A stretch of DNA of 64,000 bases, from positions 7,745-71,744 of the IMG/VR virus record IMGVR_UViG_3300035698_028218. One strand, given 5' to 3'. The notes under the pieces were generated by a model. The model was not told the DNA's origin and made no database searches. It saw only the letters and a program-made list of their open reading frames with translations. Source of the stretch: a virus. Every line of letters begins with the position of its first letter. Position 1 is the first letter of the stretch. The translations under genes were made by a program, and so were the position numbers. Positions 10,502 through 20,931 of this stretch are shown in pieces.

Positions 10502-11263
10502 ATGCAAACAAGAAAAAGAAGAAAAAAGCAACAATACTTTGGTGAATGTGAAGAACAGGCAGTTGTTGACTATATAAACGGTAGTTCATCTGATAGGGAT
10601 AGAATCTATAGGGAAATACTAGATGAGCCATTTAGAAAAATGGTTGAGTCTATCCTAAGAAGATATCCAATTTATATAGGTAACAATACAATGCAAGAAG
10701 TGGAGGTTAGTTGTTTGTCTCATTTAATACAAAAAATGGTTCAATTTAATCCAGAAAAGATTACAAAAAATGGTAAAAAAACTAAGGCGTTTAGCTACCT
10801 ACAAACAATTGTAAGAAATTATTATAGAGATCATAATAAGGATTCATATAAGAATAGACTTAGAGATTTAAATTTTGAGGACTACTCTAGTGAAATTCTA
10901 AATAGAGATGAATATCTCTATAGAATCGATGATGATGATATTTCGGAAATTGACGAACTAATTAAGATAGTATTGGTGGAGATTAATGGTGTACTTAATA
11001 CACATAAAGATTTAAAGAAAAATGAAATAATTGTTGGTAATGCAATATTAGAGATATTTGAAAATTGGGATACAATCTTCATGGAGGATACTTCTAATGG
11101 TAGGTATGATAAAAAAATCAGCAATAACTTTACTAAAAATAAAATATTATTGATGTTAAACGACATTACTGAATTGAATACTAAAGAAATAAGAACAAAC
11201 ATGAGGAAATTTAAAACCATTTATAATTTTGAAAAACATAGATTTTATAATCCTAATGATTAG
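10502..11263 (+). CDS. Phage sigma-like factor (gp55-type late sigma candidate)
   Basis: Basic N-terminus with YF, PFRKMVESI, FNPEK..KAFSYLQTIVRNY resembling sigma region 2 of T4 gp55-like proteins. Confidence 0.6.
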   Translation: MQTRKRRKKQQYFGECEEQAVVDYINGSSSDRDRIYREILDEPFRKMVESILRRYPIYIGNNTMQEVEVSCLSHLIQKMVQFNPEKITKNGKKTKAFSYLQTIVRNYYRDHNKDSYKNRLRDLNFEDYSSEILNRDEYLYRIDDDDISEIDELIKIVLVEINGVLNTHKDLKKNEIIVGNAILEIFENWDTIFMEDTSNGRYDKKISNNFTKNKILLMLNDITELNTKEIRTNMRKFKTIYNFEKHRFYNPND

Positions 11264-11270
11264 TATTTAT
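11263..11270 (+). promoter_or_regulatory. GTATTTAT late-promoter motif (representative; about 19 sites listed in findings)
   Basis: GTATTTAT 16 nt before ATG 11287; the same octamer precedes most structural operons. Confidence 0.7.
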
Positions 11271-11286
11271 TAATAAAGAATTTATT

Positions 11287-11712
11287 ATGGCAGGGGGTAG
11301 ACCACAAAAGAAAAAATTACAATTAAACAACGAGGAAACAGTTAATAAGATTCTTCAGGAAATTTATAATGAAAATCTAGAACTTAAAAGCTCAATTAGA
11401 AAACTCTATGTGAAGTGGGAAAGATATGTGATTAGTGAAACTGAAGTTGGGGCAATTGGTAAAAATATATATGATATACTAAACCTACTACAAAGACATC
11501 ACACAACAAAGTTGGATATCTTAAAATTCATGAGAGATTATAATCTAGATAGTAATAAAATTACATTAGGATACGACAAACTTCAAGTAGAGAAAGATAA
11601 TATTGAAGGTAAGTCCGAAGATGCTTCTCAGGGCAATGAAGTTATGAGTGCTGCTAGAAAATCTGAACTAAGAAAAATGGTTGAAGATGCAAATAAAAGA
11701 AAGAGTTTATAA
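11287..11712 (+). CDS. Hypothetical protein (late)
   Basis: 141 aa ORF after GTATTTAT motif. Confidence 0.75.
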   Translation: MAGGRPQKKKLQLNNEETVNKILQEIYNENLELKSSIRKLYVKWERYVISETEVGAIGKNIYDILNLLQRHHTTKLDILKFMRDYNLDSNKITLGYDKLQVEKDNIEGKSEDASQGNEVMSAARKSELRKMVEDANKRKSL

Positions 11713-11720
11713 ATTAGATA

Positions 11721-13004
11721 ATGGGTCTTGTTGATGATAAAAGAAATGTAATAAATAATATTGCTGCATTAGACTCTCTTGGGTCTATTAATGACGGTAT
11801 ATTGTCTAGTAATTTATCATCAATAAACACAGAAAAAAATGTACCTAATTTCCTAATTGACGTATTGACTGTAATTGTTGGTAGTGAATCCCTTAAAGGT
11901 TTATTAGGTGACTTCATTAATGGTGTTGCTGAAGATTTAGAACCAACAATAAAAACTTCACTAAAAAAACAATTAACACAGTTTGATAGTGAGGAACAAC
12001 TCCCATCTGATTTTGAAACGAATGGTTATGTAATACCTGTAAGTGATATTGATTTAAATGACATATTAAGAGAAGACCCAGCATCTAGTGTTGGTGAATT
12101 AATTTACTCGGATGTTAGTGATGGTTTCTTAAGAAAAATGAAGGAATCAATAACATCGGAAAGTGAAATTATATATAAAAATATTACAATTACTTATAGT
12201 GAAGCATCGGACACACTAACCTTTAAACCACTTACATCTGGTCAAAGTAAATTTCAATTTATTAATGATTTTATTGATGATATCGATATTATTGATGGTT
12301 CACTCATCGCAATTTTAATTGTTGATTTAATTTTTGGAACAATACAGTCTAATAGAAAAAAATCTAAAGAGAAACTCTTAATAGAAGAAAAAAATAGGAG
12401 ACTAAAAAGGAAATTTTTATCCGATCAAGTTATTATGATAACTCAAGACGAGTTAAACGAAATTAATGGGATTGTTGAAGATAAATTTAACGGTGTTTAT
12501 AGTTATGATATTGGTTGTGGTGTATTGGAGTCTGAATTAAGTATTGAAGATTTAAATACCCTTAAAAATAATATTTCTGGCGTTACAGATAATATTAATA
12601 TTATAAATGAGTATGCAGATATTCTTAATAAATCACTATCAAACCATAATTTTGAGGATGATAGGAAAACAATTGAGGATAATTTTTTTAAGGGGTTAAT
12701 TGAAAGATTTATCGAGGCTATTATTGACTCTATAACTGCAACACCCCAAGCAAGAATTATCTATATTTTATCTGAATCAATCAAACAGGGAGAAGTAGTG
12801 ATAAATAGTTTAGGAGATCAACTAAATAACAATATAAATCAATATAAATGCATAAAAAATGATGTAACATCAGAGATAAATGAGTTTATATTTGATTTAG
12901 TTAAGGGTGAGATAGAAAAATTGGTTATCCCATTAAGTAAAAAAATATTAACAGAAAAAATAAATCAGAACCAAAGTATAATTAAAAGTTTAGTAAGAAT
13001 ATAA
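11721..13004 (+). CDS. Hypothetical virion-associated protein
   Basis: 427 aa ORF in late operon upstream of baseplate gene. Confidence 0.7.
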   Translation: MGLVDDKRNVINNIAALDSLGSINDGILSSNLSSINTEKNVPNFLIDVLTVIVGSESLKGLLGDFINGVAEDLEPTIKTSLKKQLTQFDSEEQLPSDFETNGYVIPVSDIDLNDILREDPASSVGELIYSDVSDGFLRKMKESITSESEIIYKNITITYSEASDTLTFKPLTSGQSKFQFINDFIDDIDIIDGSLIAILIVDLIFGTIQSNRKKSKEKLLIEEKNRRLKRKFLSDQVIMITQDELNEINGIVEDKFNGVYSYDIGCGVLESELSIEDLNTLKNNISGVTDNINIINEYADILNKSLSNHNFEDDRKTIEDNFFKGLIERFIEAIIDSITATPQARIIYILSESIKQGEVVINSLGDQLNNNINQYKCIKNDVTSEINEFIFDLVKGEIEKLVIPLSKKILTEKINQNQSIIKSLVRI

Positions 13005-13411
13005 TGTCAGTAGATTTTAATAATATTAATTCAGTTATTGAAGCACTTGATAAGGTTTTAAAATTAAAACCAATTGGGGGTAATTCATCTATTCCTGCAC
13101 CAATAATTATACTTGGTGTACCAAGAAGAAGTGGAATATCACCAACTAAAGTTGCAAGTAAGATAATCGCTAGACAGAGTGAGGCTGGAATACCCGTAGG
13201 GGCATTACCTTCTGGTGCGATAAATCCAAATGAAATAATGATTAGGATTATGGTAGAGGAGATAGTTAAAAGTTTACAGGAAGATGCAATTATTGAGGTT
13301 GGTATACCAGCAGGAACTACATTAACGGCAAGTGGTGCCAGTCCAGCAGGACCTGTATCGGTTGTCGGATCAACAATATCAATTACAAAGGGTTATGGAG
13401 TCATTAAATAA
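13004..13411 (+). CDS. Hypothetical baseplate-associated protein
   Basis: 135 aa, Gly/Pro-rich C-terminal beta segment, TAATG-coupled. Confidence 0.65.
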   Translation: MSVDFNNINSVIEALDKVLKLKPIGGNSSIPAPIIILGVPRRSGISPTKVASKIIARQSEAGIPVGALPSGAINPNEIMIRIMVEEIVKSLQEDAIIEVGIPAGTTLTASGASPAGPVSVVGSTISITKGYGVIK

Positions 13412-13610
13412 TAAAACTGAAATTGAACTTAATAATCTTTTCAATAAACTTCGTGACGAACACGAATCTAAAAAAGAAGAGATTGAGTCACTAACATATA
13501 AATTAGATGAGATAGTAAAATCAATTGAGGAGTCCGAAAAAGAATTAATATTAATTGAAAAGAATTATACCAATTTAGTTAAATTCATATATAATAGGAA
13601 AAATGTATAA
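13395..13610 (+). CDS. Small coiled-coil hypothetical protein
   Basis: ATG 13395 (MESLNNKTE), heptad pattern. Confidence 0.6.
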   Translation: MESLNNKTEIELNNLFNKLRDEHESKKEEIESLTYKLDEIVKSIEESEKELILIEKNYTNLVKFIYNRKNV

Positions 13611-14484
13611 CGAAAAACATCTACTTAAGAACAATTCCATATATAATAAGTCTCAAAACAAGCAGGATGAGACTAGGAGAATGTATGATGCAGAAGTCAT
13701 TAGTATTGACGATGTTTTAGATGGTGGTAGAATTAAAGTTAGAATTCCTGAATTAGATAAGGATGCATCTAATGCCGATCTACCTTATTCATATCCACTA
13801 CTACCTAAAATTTTTCATTTCTACCCTAAAATTGGTGAATGTGTAAGAGTATTAGTTGAAAATAAAGCGACTCCACAAACAGGTAGACTTTGGGTTGGGT
13901 CTGTATTCTCACAATTAAGTAAAATTAATTTTGAATCAAAATATACTGCATTATCCACAACAGGTAAAGGTGTATCAACTCCAGATATTGCACCATCTAC
14001 AATTACCGAAGCTAATGGTGTTTTCCCTAAATTAGACACTATTGCTATCTTAGGAAGAAATAATGCTGATCTTCAATTTAGAAATCAAGAGGTCGAACTA
14101 AGAGTTGGTCAACATGAAATTGATAACCCCCTAAAAAGGAATATAAAGAACACTGGATCAATCTTAATGAGTTATCATGGTGATGACACCCCATACACCT
14201 CAACTATCATTAGATCGGATAAAATTGCCCTTATTAGTCATAATGGTAATCCAAAAATTAAATCAACCGATTTAACAAATACAGATATTGATGATATATT
14301 CAATATATGTCATCCAACTGTTAGAGGTGATGTACTTGTAAAAATCATGGATGTTTTTAGACAGGCAATTATTGGTCATATACATGGTTATTCCAATATA
14401 TCAGCAGATAAAAATGACATAATAAATGATCTTGAGAAATTAAATTTAGAGAGTCTACTTCAAAAGAATATTGTAATAAATTAA
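13603..14484 (+). CDS. Baseplate spike protein with gp5/gpV-type N-terminal OB fold
   Basis: AEVISIDDVLDGGRIKVRIPELD..SYPLLP..PKIGECVRV..WVGSV; C-terminal HIHGY. Confidence 0.7.
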   Translation: MYNEKHLLKNNSIYNKSQNKQDETRRMYDAEVISIDDVLDGGRIKVRIPELDKDASNADLPYSYPLLPKIFHFYPKIGECVRVLVENKATPQTGRLWVGSVFSQLSKINFESKYTALSTTGKGVSTPDIAPSTITEANGVFPKLDTIAILGRNNADLQFRNQEVELRVGQHEIDNPLKRNIKNTGSILMSYHGDDTPYTSTIIRSDKIALISHNGNPKIKSTDLTNTDIDDIFNICHPTVRGDVLVKIMDVFRQAIIGHIHGYSNISADKNDIINDLEKLNLESLLQKNIVIN

Positions 14485-14491
14485 ATTACAT

Positions 14492-14499
14492 TATATTTG
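14492..14499 (+). promoter_or_regulatory. Bacteroidetes -7 element TATATTTG just upstream of ATG
   Basis: TAnnTTTG consensus 6 nt before ATG 14506. Confidence 0.55.
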
Positions 14500-14505
14500 C
14501 CCTAT

Positions 14506-15291
14506 ATGATATCACTACCAGTTAATGTTTTTGATGTATTCAATGACATCACATACTTTGACGAACCACATAAGTATTATGATGATGAGGGAATCCCCTA
14601 CATATCAACAACTACGTTAATACATGAGTATCTACCTGAGTTTGATGGTGAATTACATAGTGAAAATTATGCAATAAAGCATAACCTAACTCAAAATCAA
14701 GTAAAATATGCATGGGAATTCCTTAATTATTACGGAACAAGAAAAGGTAGTGCTGCTCATGATTATGCCGAAAATCTTCTTATTAATAAAGTTTTTAATC
14801 CATATGATGTAAATCAAATTATTGGTGATTATGGATATGATATAATTTCAGGAGGTTTTAAAAGATCAAAAAAAATTATAGATAAATTTTATTCTGACAT
14901 AAAGGGTAAATTAATACCAGTTAGAACTGAATTAGTTGTATTCGATAGGGATTTTGGTATTGCAGGAATGCTTGACCTACTTGTTTTTAATGTAAAAACA
15001 GGAAAACTGGAAATATGGGACTATAAGACAAATAAGAATATAACAACTCGCAATGATTTTGGTAGAACATTATCTGGTTGCTTATCACATATAGATGATT
15101 GTGATTTAGAAATTTACTCACTTCAGTTGTCTATTTATAAAAAAATAATTGAAAAAAACACTGGTTTGGAACTAGGTGATTCTTATTTAGTATGGGTTAA
15201 CGAATCTAATGATTCATATAAAGTAATAAAAACAAACAATAGACAACTAGAAGTAAAACTAATGATTAATGACATAAAAAAAGCTACATAA
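14506..15291 (+). CDS. PD-(D/E)XK exonuclease
   Basis: FDEPHKY, STTTLI, GSAAHDYAE, IAGMLDLL..IWDYKT, YSLQLSIY. Confidence 0.85.
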   Translation: MISLPVNVFDVFNDITYFDEPHKYYDDEGIPYISTTTLIHEYLPEFDGELHSENYAIKHNLTQNQVKYAWEFLNYYGTRKGSAAHDYAENLLINKVFNPYDVNQIIGDYGYDIISGGFKRSKKIIDKFYSDIKGKLIPVRTELVVFDRDFGIAGMLDLLVFNVKTGKLEIWDYKTNKNITTRNDFGRTLSGCLSHIDDCDLEIYSLQLSIYKKIIEKNTGLELGDSYLVWVNESNDSYKVIKTNNRQLEVKLMINDIKKAT

Positions 15292-15306
15292 AGCAGCTTA
15301 GTTTTT

Positions 15307-15795
15307 TTAGAAGTTATGTATACACCTCCAAGGTTGAACAGTTAGTTGTAGTTTTTTAACTTCTTTTGATGAGTAATCACTATTACCAAAATCAGCAGTT
15401 ACAATTTGACACTGTTCTAATGTCCATTTATTTACAGTAATACCAGTTGGGTCAAGTTCTTTATAAATTAAGTTTTTCTTATATCCAATAGCATAACCCT
15501 GTCTACCTGATAAAGACTCAGCATGTAATCTAACCCACTCCATTAGTTGTGTAGTTGTTCTACTCCCGATAGTATCAATAAAAGTAATATCGATTGGCTC
15601 CCACTTAAAACCATTAGCTAAATAATTAGTTTCATTCATAAATGGAATTTCTGTTGAATTTATATTCATCGTAGGGGACTTAACAGATTGTACTTTCCAA
15701 ACTTCAACAGCTAATTCTGATGGAAATTCAACAAAGAATCTATTTTCTACTAACGGCTCGTATTCAAATGGAATACTTCTAAGCATATTTGACAT
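15307..15795 (-). CDS. Tail tube protein (gp19-like)
   Basis: YEPLVENRFFVEFP..KWEPIDITFID..MEWVR..LDPTG..WTL; downstream of sheath. Confidence 0.9.
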   Translation of the reverse strand: MSNMLRSIPFEYEPLVENRFFVEFPSELAVEVWKVQSVKSPTMNINSTEIPFMNETNYLANGFKWEPIDITFIDTIGSRTTTQLMEWVRLHAESLSGRQGYAIGYKKNLIYKELDPTGITVNKWTLEQCQIVTADFGNSDYSSKEVKKLQLTVQPWRCIHNF

Positions 15796-15838
15796 AGTGA
15801 TCTATTTTTTGGTGTTCTTTTTTATTTATTATAAATAC

Positions 15839-16042
15839 TTATGATCTTTTTTTTCTTCTTAGTTCGGATTTAGAAAGAACAGTTAAAACTTCTTCTTTCT
15901 TGATTACCTTCACTACTTTTTCTTCGATCATAGGAGTAGTTTCTTTTTCAGTAACTACTGTTTCTACTACTAATTCTTTTTCTACTTTCTTAATGGTAGA
16001 TTTTTTCTTACCCATTAATTTATCTGTTATACTTTTTGTCAT
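15839..16042 (-). CDS. Small basic hypothetical protein
   Basis: 67 aa ORF between sheath and tube. Confidence 0.55.
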   Translation of the reverse strand: MTKSITDKLMGKKKSTIKKVEKELVVETVVTEKETTPMIEEKVVKVIKKEEVLTVLSKSELRRKKRS

Positions 16043-16056
16043 ATCCCTGTTTTATT

Positions 16057-18786
16057 TTATATGTTCTGGAACGATGCACCAGAAGGTGAAATAGTAAATG
16101 AAATACCAATATTTTCAAGTGATTTGGTTGGTACTAATTCGATCTCACCAATTAATTCGTTTCTATCTCTAGATTCTGGAGTTAACTCCATTTTAATATT
16201 AAATGTCTCTAAACCTCTTTCTCTTTTAATACTTTCAAGAATTGGATTAGCTTTATCTAAGAACTGATCTACTGTTGTTTCATCAGCCTGTTCAAATAAT
16301 AATCTAACTGCTATGTTTGAAATCAATACTTTAAGTCTTAGTAATAATCTTCTTACATTAATTTTATTTAATGCACTATCTGCTTCCTGTAGTGTTTTCT
16401 GCCCCATGATTGCTACACCTGTATCAGTGTATTCTACCATTGGGTTTATGTTACCACTATAAAGTATATCTTTAGCACCTTGTGATAATTTATATTTTGC
16501 TTTACGTGAATCAGTTGCACCTCTTTGTAGACCCGCTGGAGCAAACCAAGGGAATGCAACGGTATCAGTAAATGCCATAGCCTTTACAACCTCACCAGTC
16601 GCAGGTAAATACATATTCATTGAAGTATCTGAATTATTTACTTGTATGTGAGGGAAATAAGTAGTAGCATAATTACTATCGATTTCTGTTGTACCTAAAA
16701 GGTCAACAATATCCTCTGCTGCAATAACATCATCCCTCTTATTGAATGTACCAACAACATTAATATCTGGCGAATCCACGATATATAATGTATCAGTTCT
16801 TTCATTTTCCATAATGTCAATAACCTCTTCAACTAATCCAAGATTATCAGACCAGTTTAGTGCTGGTGTAGCAAATAGGTTAATTGTTACTTCTTCTGGA
16901 TTTGCAAATGTTCTAAATGCAGTAGACCACGCAACGTAATCTGTTTTAGTTTCACTTGGAGTAGATACACTATCATAAACATTACCTACCTTATAAAGGT
17001 CAGTATTTGTTCTAGAACCTCTATGTCCATTCCAACCATCAAATCCCCCTGAAGGAACTAATGTAAACTTAGCCGAATTTCTTTCGCCATAAATTGAACC
17101 ATCTGCAATGTCAGCAGAATCTCTTAATTCACCAGCACCAACCTCGAATTGACCTATTGATGTCTCACCATCAAAATAAGTTCCAGTTGCACCAGAATCA
17201 AGGTGGAATCCTTTAGATTTAACTAACGAAGAAGCATCTTCCTGTCTTTTGTATGTAAAGAAATCACTAGCGATACCATCACCAACAAGTCCAGCACCGT
17301 CATATGCTCTTTCAGACACACCTAAGTATGTTCTATTTACTTTATCAGTAGAAGAGTATGATTGTTTAAAATGAATTTTTGGAGCAACACCACTATTAGC
17401 TGAGGTTGTAGCAGAAATCGCCCAGTTATTTTGAAGGTAACCCTCAAAACCTGCTGGATATGCATCTTGCGGTGCATTTTGATCTAGTTCAACCATTACA
17501 TAGCTACTATTAAGTGAATAATCACCATTTGTTGTACCTATTCTCTTACCAATAAAATTATTGGAAGACTCTACCATTGTACATCTCTGGAATGACTCCA
17601 ATAATACAATGTTTTTATCTGTATCATTAAAATCCCTAATAACCACGTCAAACTCTTTTGTGATTGGATTAATATTTTGTAATGATATTTTTATCTCTTT
17701 GTTTGCAGAAGCACCATCAGATATCGATACTAATTTAAATAATCTAGATACATCATTACCTCTTAATTCAGAAACAATATATGGAGTTTCTGGTGTTTGG
17801 TATTGTTGTGTATAATCAGTAAATATGTTTGAGTCAGCATCCACTAAATCATTCTGGATACCAAAAATATTTTCGTCAGCATCTAATTTCTTAATTAATT
17901 CTGGATAGATTTTATCTACATATAATTTTGTGTTTTTGTTTCTTGGAGAATCTCCTAAAACATTAACAATATAATCTCTTGAATTGGGATTCAATGAAAC
18001 TGTATAGGTCTCACTTGAAGAATCAACCGAATTATTTGCAGTGATTACAAATGTACCTAATGGATCACCAGTGTTGATGATTGTGTTATTTGATGAGATT
18101 GTAATACTATCCGCATTAAAACTTGTTGTAGATGGTAAATCAATATTATCAGTAATTGTTGCTCTTGATCTTAAGACCATAACCACCATATCATCGTAAG
18201 CACTTAATGTAGCACCACTAATAACTTCAACCGTTTCATCGAGAGTACCAACACCGTCAAGTGGATTAATTGAAGTTACAGTAAAACTATATCTGTTCCC
18301 CACATAATTCACACCGTCAATTTCAAACCCACCAAATGTACTACCTGAAGCACCGTTTGATGATAATGTAACACCTCTATATACGAAGTTACTGAAGGTT
18401 TCACCAGTTGTAGTGGTTGAAGTAACACCAGTTGTGGTTAAATCAACACCACCTTTTGTTTTAACGCCCCATGCAGTACCTGCATCGTAGCCATCAAGAC
18501 CCAATACTCTAGTTACATATAACTGATTTGATTCTTCTAAATATGTTTTTCCAACATATGCTGTTTGATACCTGAATTCACCATTCTCATATTTTTCTGA
18601 AGTCATACCTCCAAATTTTAGATCGAAATCCGATTTATCGGATACTAATACTGGTTCGAAAGCAGGACCTTTAACTGTCTCACCAACAAGACCTAATGTA
18701 GTAATTGATGTAGACTCGGTAACGAAGGTTAAGTTTCTTTCTCTAAACTTAACACCGGGTGATGTGAAAATAAAATCGTTTGCCAT
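16057..18786 (-). CDS. Contractile tail sheath protein (gp18-like)
   Basis: MANDFIFTSPGVKFRE, GETVKGPAFEP, PWFAPAGLQRG, LYSGNINP, GQKTLQ..SALNKINVRRLL, LLFEQ. Confidence 0.95.
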   Translation of the reverse strand: MANDFIFTSPGVKFRERNLTFVTESTSITTLGLVGETVKGPAFEPVLVSDKSDFDLKFGGMTSEKYENGEFRYQTAYVGKTYLEESNQLYVTRVLGLDGYDAGTAWGVKTKGGVDLTTTGVTSTTTTGETFSNFVYRGVTLSSNGASGSTFGGFEIDGVNYVGNRYSFTVTSINPLDGVGTLDETVEVISGATLSAYDDMVVMVLRSRATITDNIDLPSTTSFNADSITISSNNTIINTGDPLGTFVITANNSVDSSSETYTVSLNPNSRDYIVNVLGDSPRNKNTKLYVDKIYPELIKKLDADENIFGIQNDLVDADSNIFTDYTQQYQTPETPYIVSELRGNDVSRLFKLVSISDGASANKEIKISLQNINPITKEFDVVIRDFNDTDKNIVLLESFQRCTMVESSNNFIGKRIGTTNGDYSLNSSYVMVELDQNAPQDAYPAGFEGYLQNNWAISATTSANSGVAPKIHFKQSYSSTDKVNRTYLGVSERAYDGAGLVGDGIASDFFTYKRQEDASSLVKSKGFHLDSGATGTYFDGETSIGQFEVGAGELRDSADIADGSIYGERNSAKFTLVPSGGFDGWNGHRGSRTNTDLYKVGNVYDSVSTPSETKTDYVAWSTAFRTFANPEEVTINLFATPALNWSDNLGLVEEVIDIMENERTDTLYIVDSPDINVVGTFNKRDDVIAAEDIVDLLGTTEIDSNYATTYFPHIQVNNSDTSMNMYLPATGEVVKAMAFTDTVAFPWFAPAGLQRGATDSRKAKYKLSQGAKDILYSGNINPMVEYTDTGVAIMGQKTLQEADSALNKINVRRLLLRLKVLISNIAVRLLFEQADETTVDQFLDKANPILESIKRERGLETFNIKMELTPESRDRNELIGEIELVPTKSLENIGISFTISPSGASFQNI

Positions 18787-18840
18787 TTTATAGTGTTTTT
18801 TTTTATTCTTTATTGAATCCAAAGTGGATTAGTATTTTTT

Positions 18841-18891
18841 ATAAATACTGATTTTTTACTCAAAATCAATTATTAAAGCAATAGTATTTAT
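18841..18891. promoter_or_regulatory. Back-to-back GTATTTAT late motifs
   Basis: ATAAATAC 18841-18848 (faces sheath) and GTATTTAT 18884-18891 (faces 18910). Confidence 0.65.
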
Positions 18892-18909
18892 TAATGTATA
18901 TATTTGGGT

Positions 18910-20931
18910 ATGAATAAGAGTAAAAGAATTAATGTGGATATTAATAGTGGTAATGACCAGAACATTATCCTTAAGTTGGAACAAGATATCAATACATTGG
19001 ATATCCTTTCATTAAATATAAACCAAAAAGACACTTACCAATTTTTTAATTCAGACTATGGTGTGTTAGTGGGTAGAGTTCTTGCTAATGGTGGATTAGG
19101 TGTTGAGAACGTCAGAATTTCTATTTTTATACCAATATCTGAAGAGGATAAGAATAGGGGTGATATTACTGCATTATATCCATATACAAAACCTACTGAT
19201 AAAGATTCAACAGGGAAAAGATATAATCTCTTACCAAGAGTTAGTAAGAAAAACGATAATGGCATTTTTAAACCAAAACAACCATTCGGATCGATACCAA
19301 TAAGAGAAGAAATCATTTCTAATGATACACTTTTAGAGGTGTATGAAAAATATTATAAGTATACAACAATAACCAATAGTTCTGGTGATTATATGCTGTT
19401 CGGGGTTCCCGTAGGTATACAAACAGTCCATATGTCAGTAGACATAACCGACATCGGTGAATATTCAATGACACCCTCTACAATGGTTTCTTCTTTAGGA
19501 TATTCCTCTAATCTTTTTAATGAAGAGGGTAATGCAATTAAAGAGTCTGATGATTTGGATGACCTACCTAATATCGAGACCCAAGAAGTATCTGTTGATG
19601 TTATTCCATATTGGGGTGACCTTGAAAATTATGAAATTGGAATTACAAGACAAGATTTTAGAATAAGAGCACAAATTTTACCGTCATTTATTTTCTTCGG
19701 TACTTCTTTTAGTGATGGTGATAACCATATGTGGTCTCAAGATAAGGGTGGTGATGCTAAACAGTGGATGCTTTATAGAGCAAGGGATGCAGATGGTGTT
19801 GGTCAAAACTCATACTCAATTGCAAATAAAAGAGTTGGTGAATTATCTGAAAATATATACTATTACCCACCTTCAATTACCGATAATGAATTAAATAGTA
19901 ATAATTTCGTACCTGAAAGAGATTCAATATTGATGAATAATTCACAATATAGTAAGTTCTTTAGAAATGGTGATTTTATATATGTTGTACCATGTAATAG
20001 AAAAAAAATAATAACAAGTGAGTTTGGTAACCCAATTGAGGTAGATTCGACTAATCCCAACGGTGTATTCACTGAATTTGCTGGATTTATGACATTCTCT
20101 ATCGAGAATACTATTCTACCTATGAATTTTAGTGAAAGTTTAGGTAATAATTTAGATATTGAACCCATACGTTATAAATATAAAATACCTCAATCTGCTG
20201 AGTTGGGTAGTCCATTTACTAGTGATGATTCTAATGGTGATACAATACTATGGAAACAACAATTTGCTAGATTTCAGAGTAATAAAATTTATAGTTTAAG
20301 TAAGTTTCAGGGAACAGTTTTTAATAGTGAAAGTAATAGGGCAGATTTAAATGAGCTGTATTTTCTAAACAAGGATGAAAGAAATGACATTAATAGAGAC
20401 GCAAATAATACGGTTGGGGTAATTGCCGTTAGTAATAATTATTTACCAAATAATAATTCTGACTTCGATTTCCCATCTAATATTGATAACGGTGATCTAT
20501 TTGGTGCCCAATGGATAAATTTCTGTCTACATTTTAATCAAGTAGGTGCAATAACAGGTGAAAGTAGAGACACAATTAATGATTTTCATACAAATACTCA
20601 TTTTACTAGTAGTCCCAATAGTCGATTTTTCCTAGACCCTAATAGTCAAATTATTGGTGGTAATATCCCAAATACACAATTTTTCGCAAGGAATGATATT
20701 AATAAAATTGACATTATTGAAGTACCAATAGAGGATTTACTAAAAATCAGTGAAGAACTAAAGAATAGAAAGGGGTTTACTAGTGAAGATATTTCGTTAA
20801 GTGGTACATATAAAAATGGTGGTACAATAAATGGTAATCCATCTAATGGTATTGATCCTAATTTCTATTTCTTTAAGGGACTTGGAGATGCAGATTGTAT
20901 TAATTATTTGTTTGATTTAGATATATTATAA
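18910..20931 (+). CDS. Virion structural protein (hypothetical)
   Basis: DYGVLVGRVLANGGLGVENVRISIFIP..TNSSGDYMLFGVPVG beta-sandwich-like N-terminal part; late motif upstream. Confidence 0.7.
   Translation: MNKSKRINVDINSGNDQNIILKLEQDINTLDILSLNINQKDTYQFFNSDYGVLVGRVLANGGLGVENVRISIFIPISEEDKNRGDITALYPYTKPTDKDSTGKRYNLLPRVSKKNDNGIFKPKQPFGSIPIREEIISNDTLLEVYEKYYKYTTITNSSGDYMLFGVPVGIQTVHMSVDITDIGEYSMTPSTMVSSLGYSSNLFNEEGNAIKESDDLDDLPNIETQEVSVDVIPYWGDLENYEIGITRQDFRIRAQILPSFIFFGTSFSDGDNHMWSQDKGGDAKQWMLYRARDADGVGQNSYSIANKRVGELSENIYYYPPSITDNELNSNNFVPERDSILMNNSQYSKFFRNGDFIYVVPCNRKKIITSEFGNPIEVDSTNPNGVFTEFAGFMTFSIENTILPMNFSESLGNNLDIEPIRYKYKIPQSAELGSPFTSDDSNGDTILWKQQFARFQSNKIYSLSKFQGTVFNSESNRADLNELYFLNKDERNDINRDANNTVGVIAVSNNYLPNNNSDFDFPSNIDNGDLFGAQWINFCLHFNQVGAITGESRDTINDFHTNTHFTSSPNSRFFLDPNSQIIGGNIPNTQFFARNDINKIDIIEVPIEDLLKISEELKNRKGFTSEDISLSGTYKNGGTINGNPSNGIDPNFYFFKGLGDADCINYLFDLDIL

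Noticed and set aside
11287-11712. Terminase small subunit
   Set aside because: Size and helicity fit, but no recognisable motif and not adjacent to terL
14506-15291. Cas4-like nuclease or TnpB as part of a CRISPR system
   Set aside because: No repeat-spacer array or other cas genes; TnpB is IS-associated
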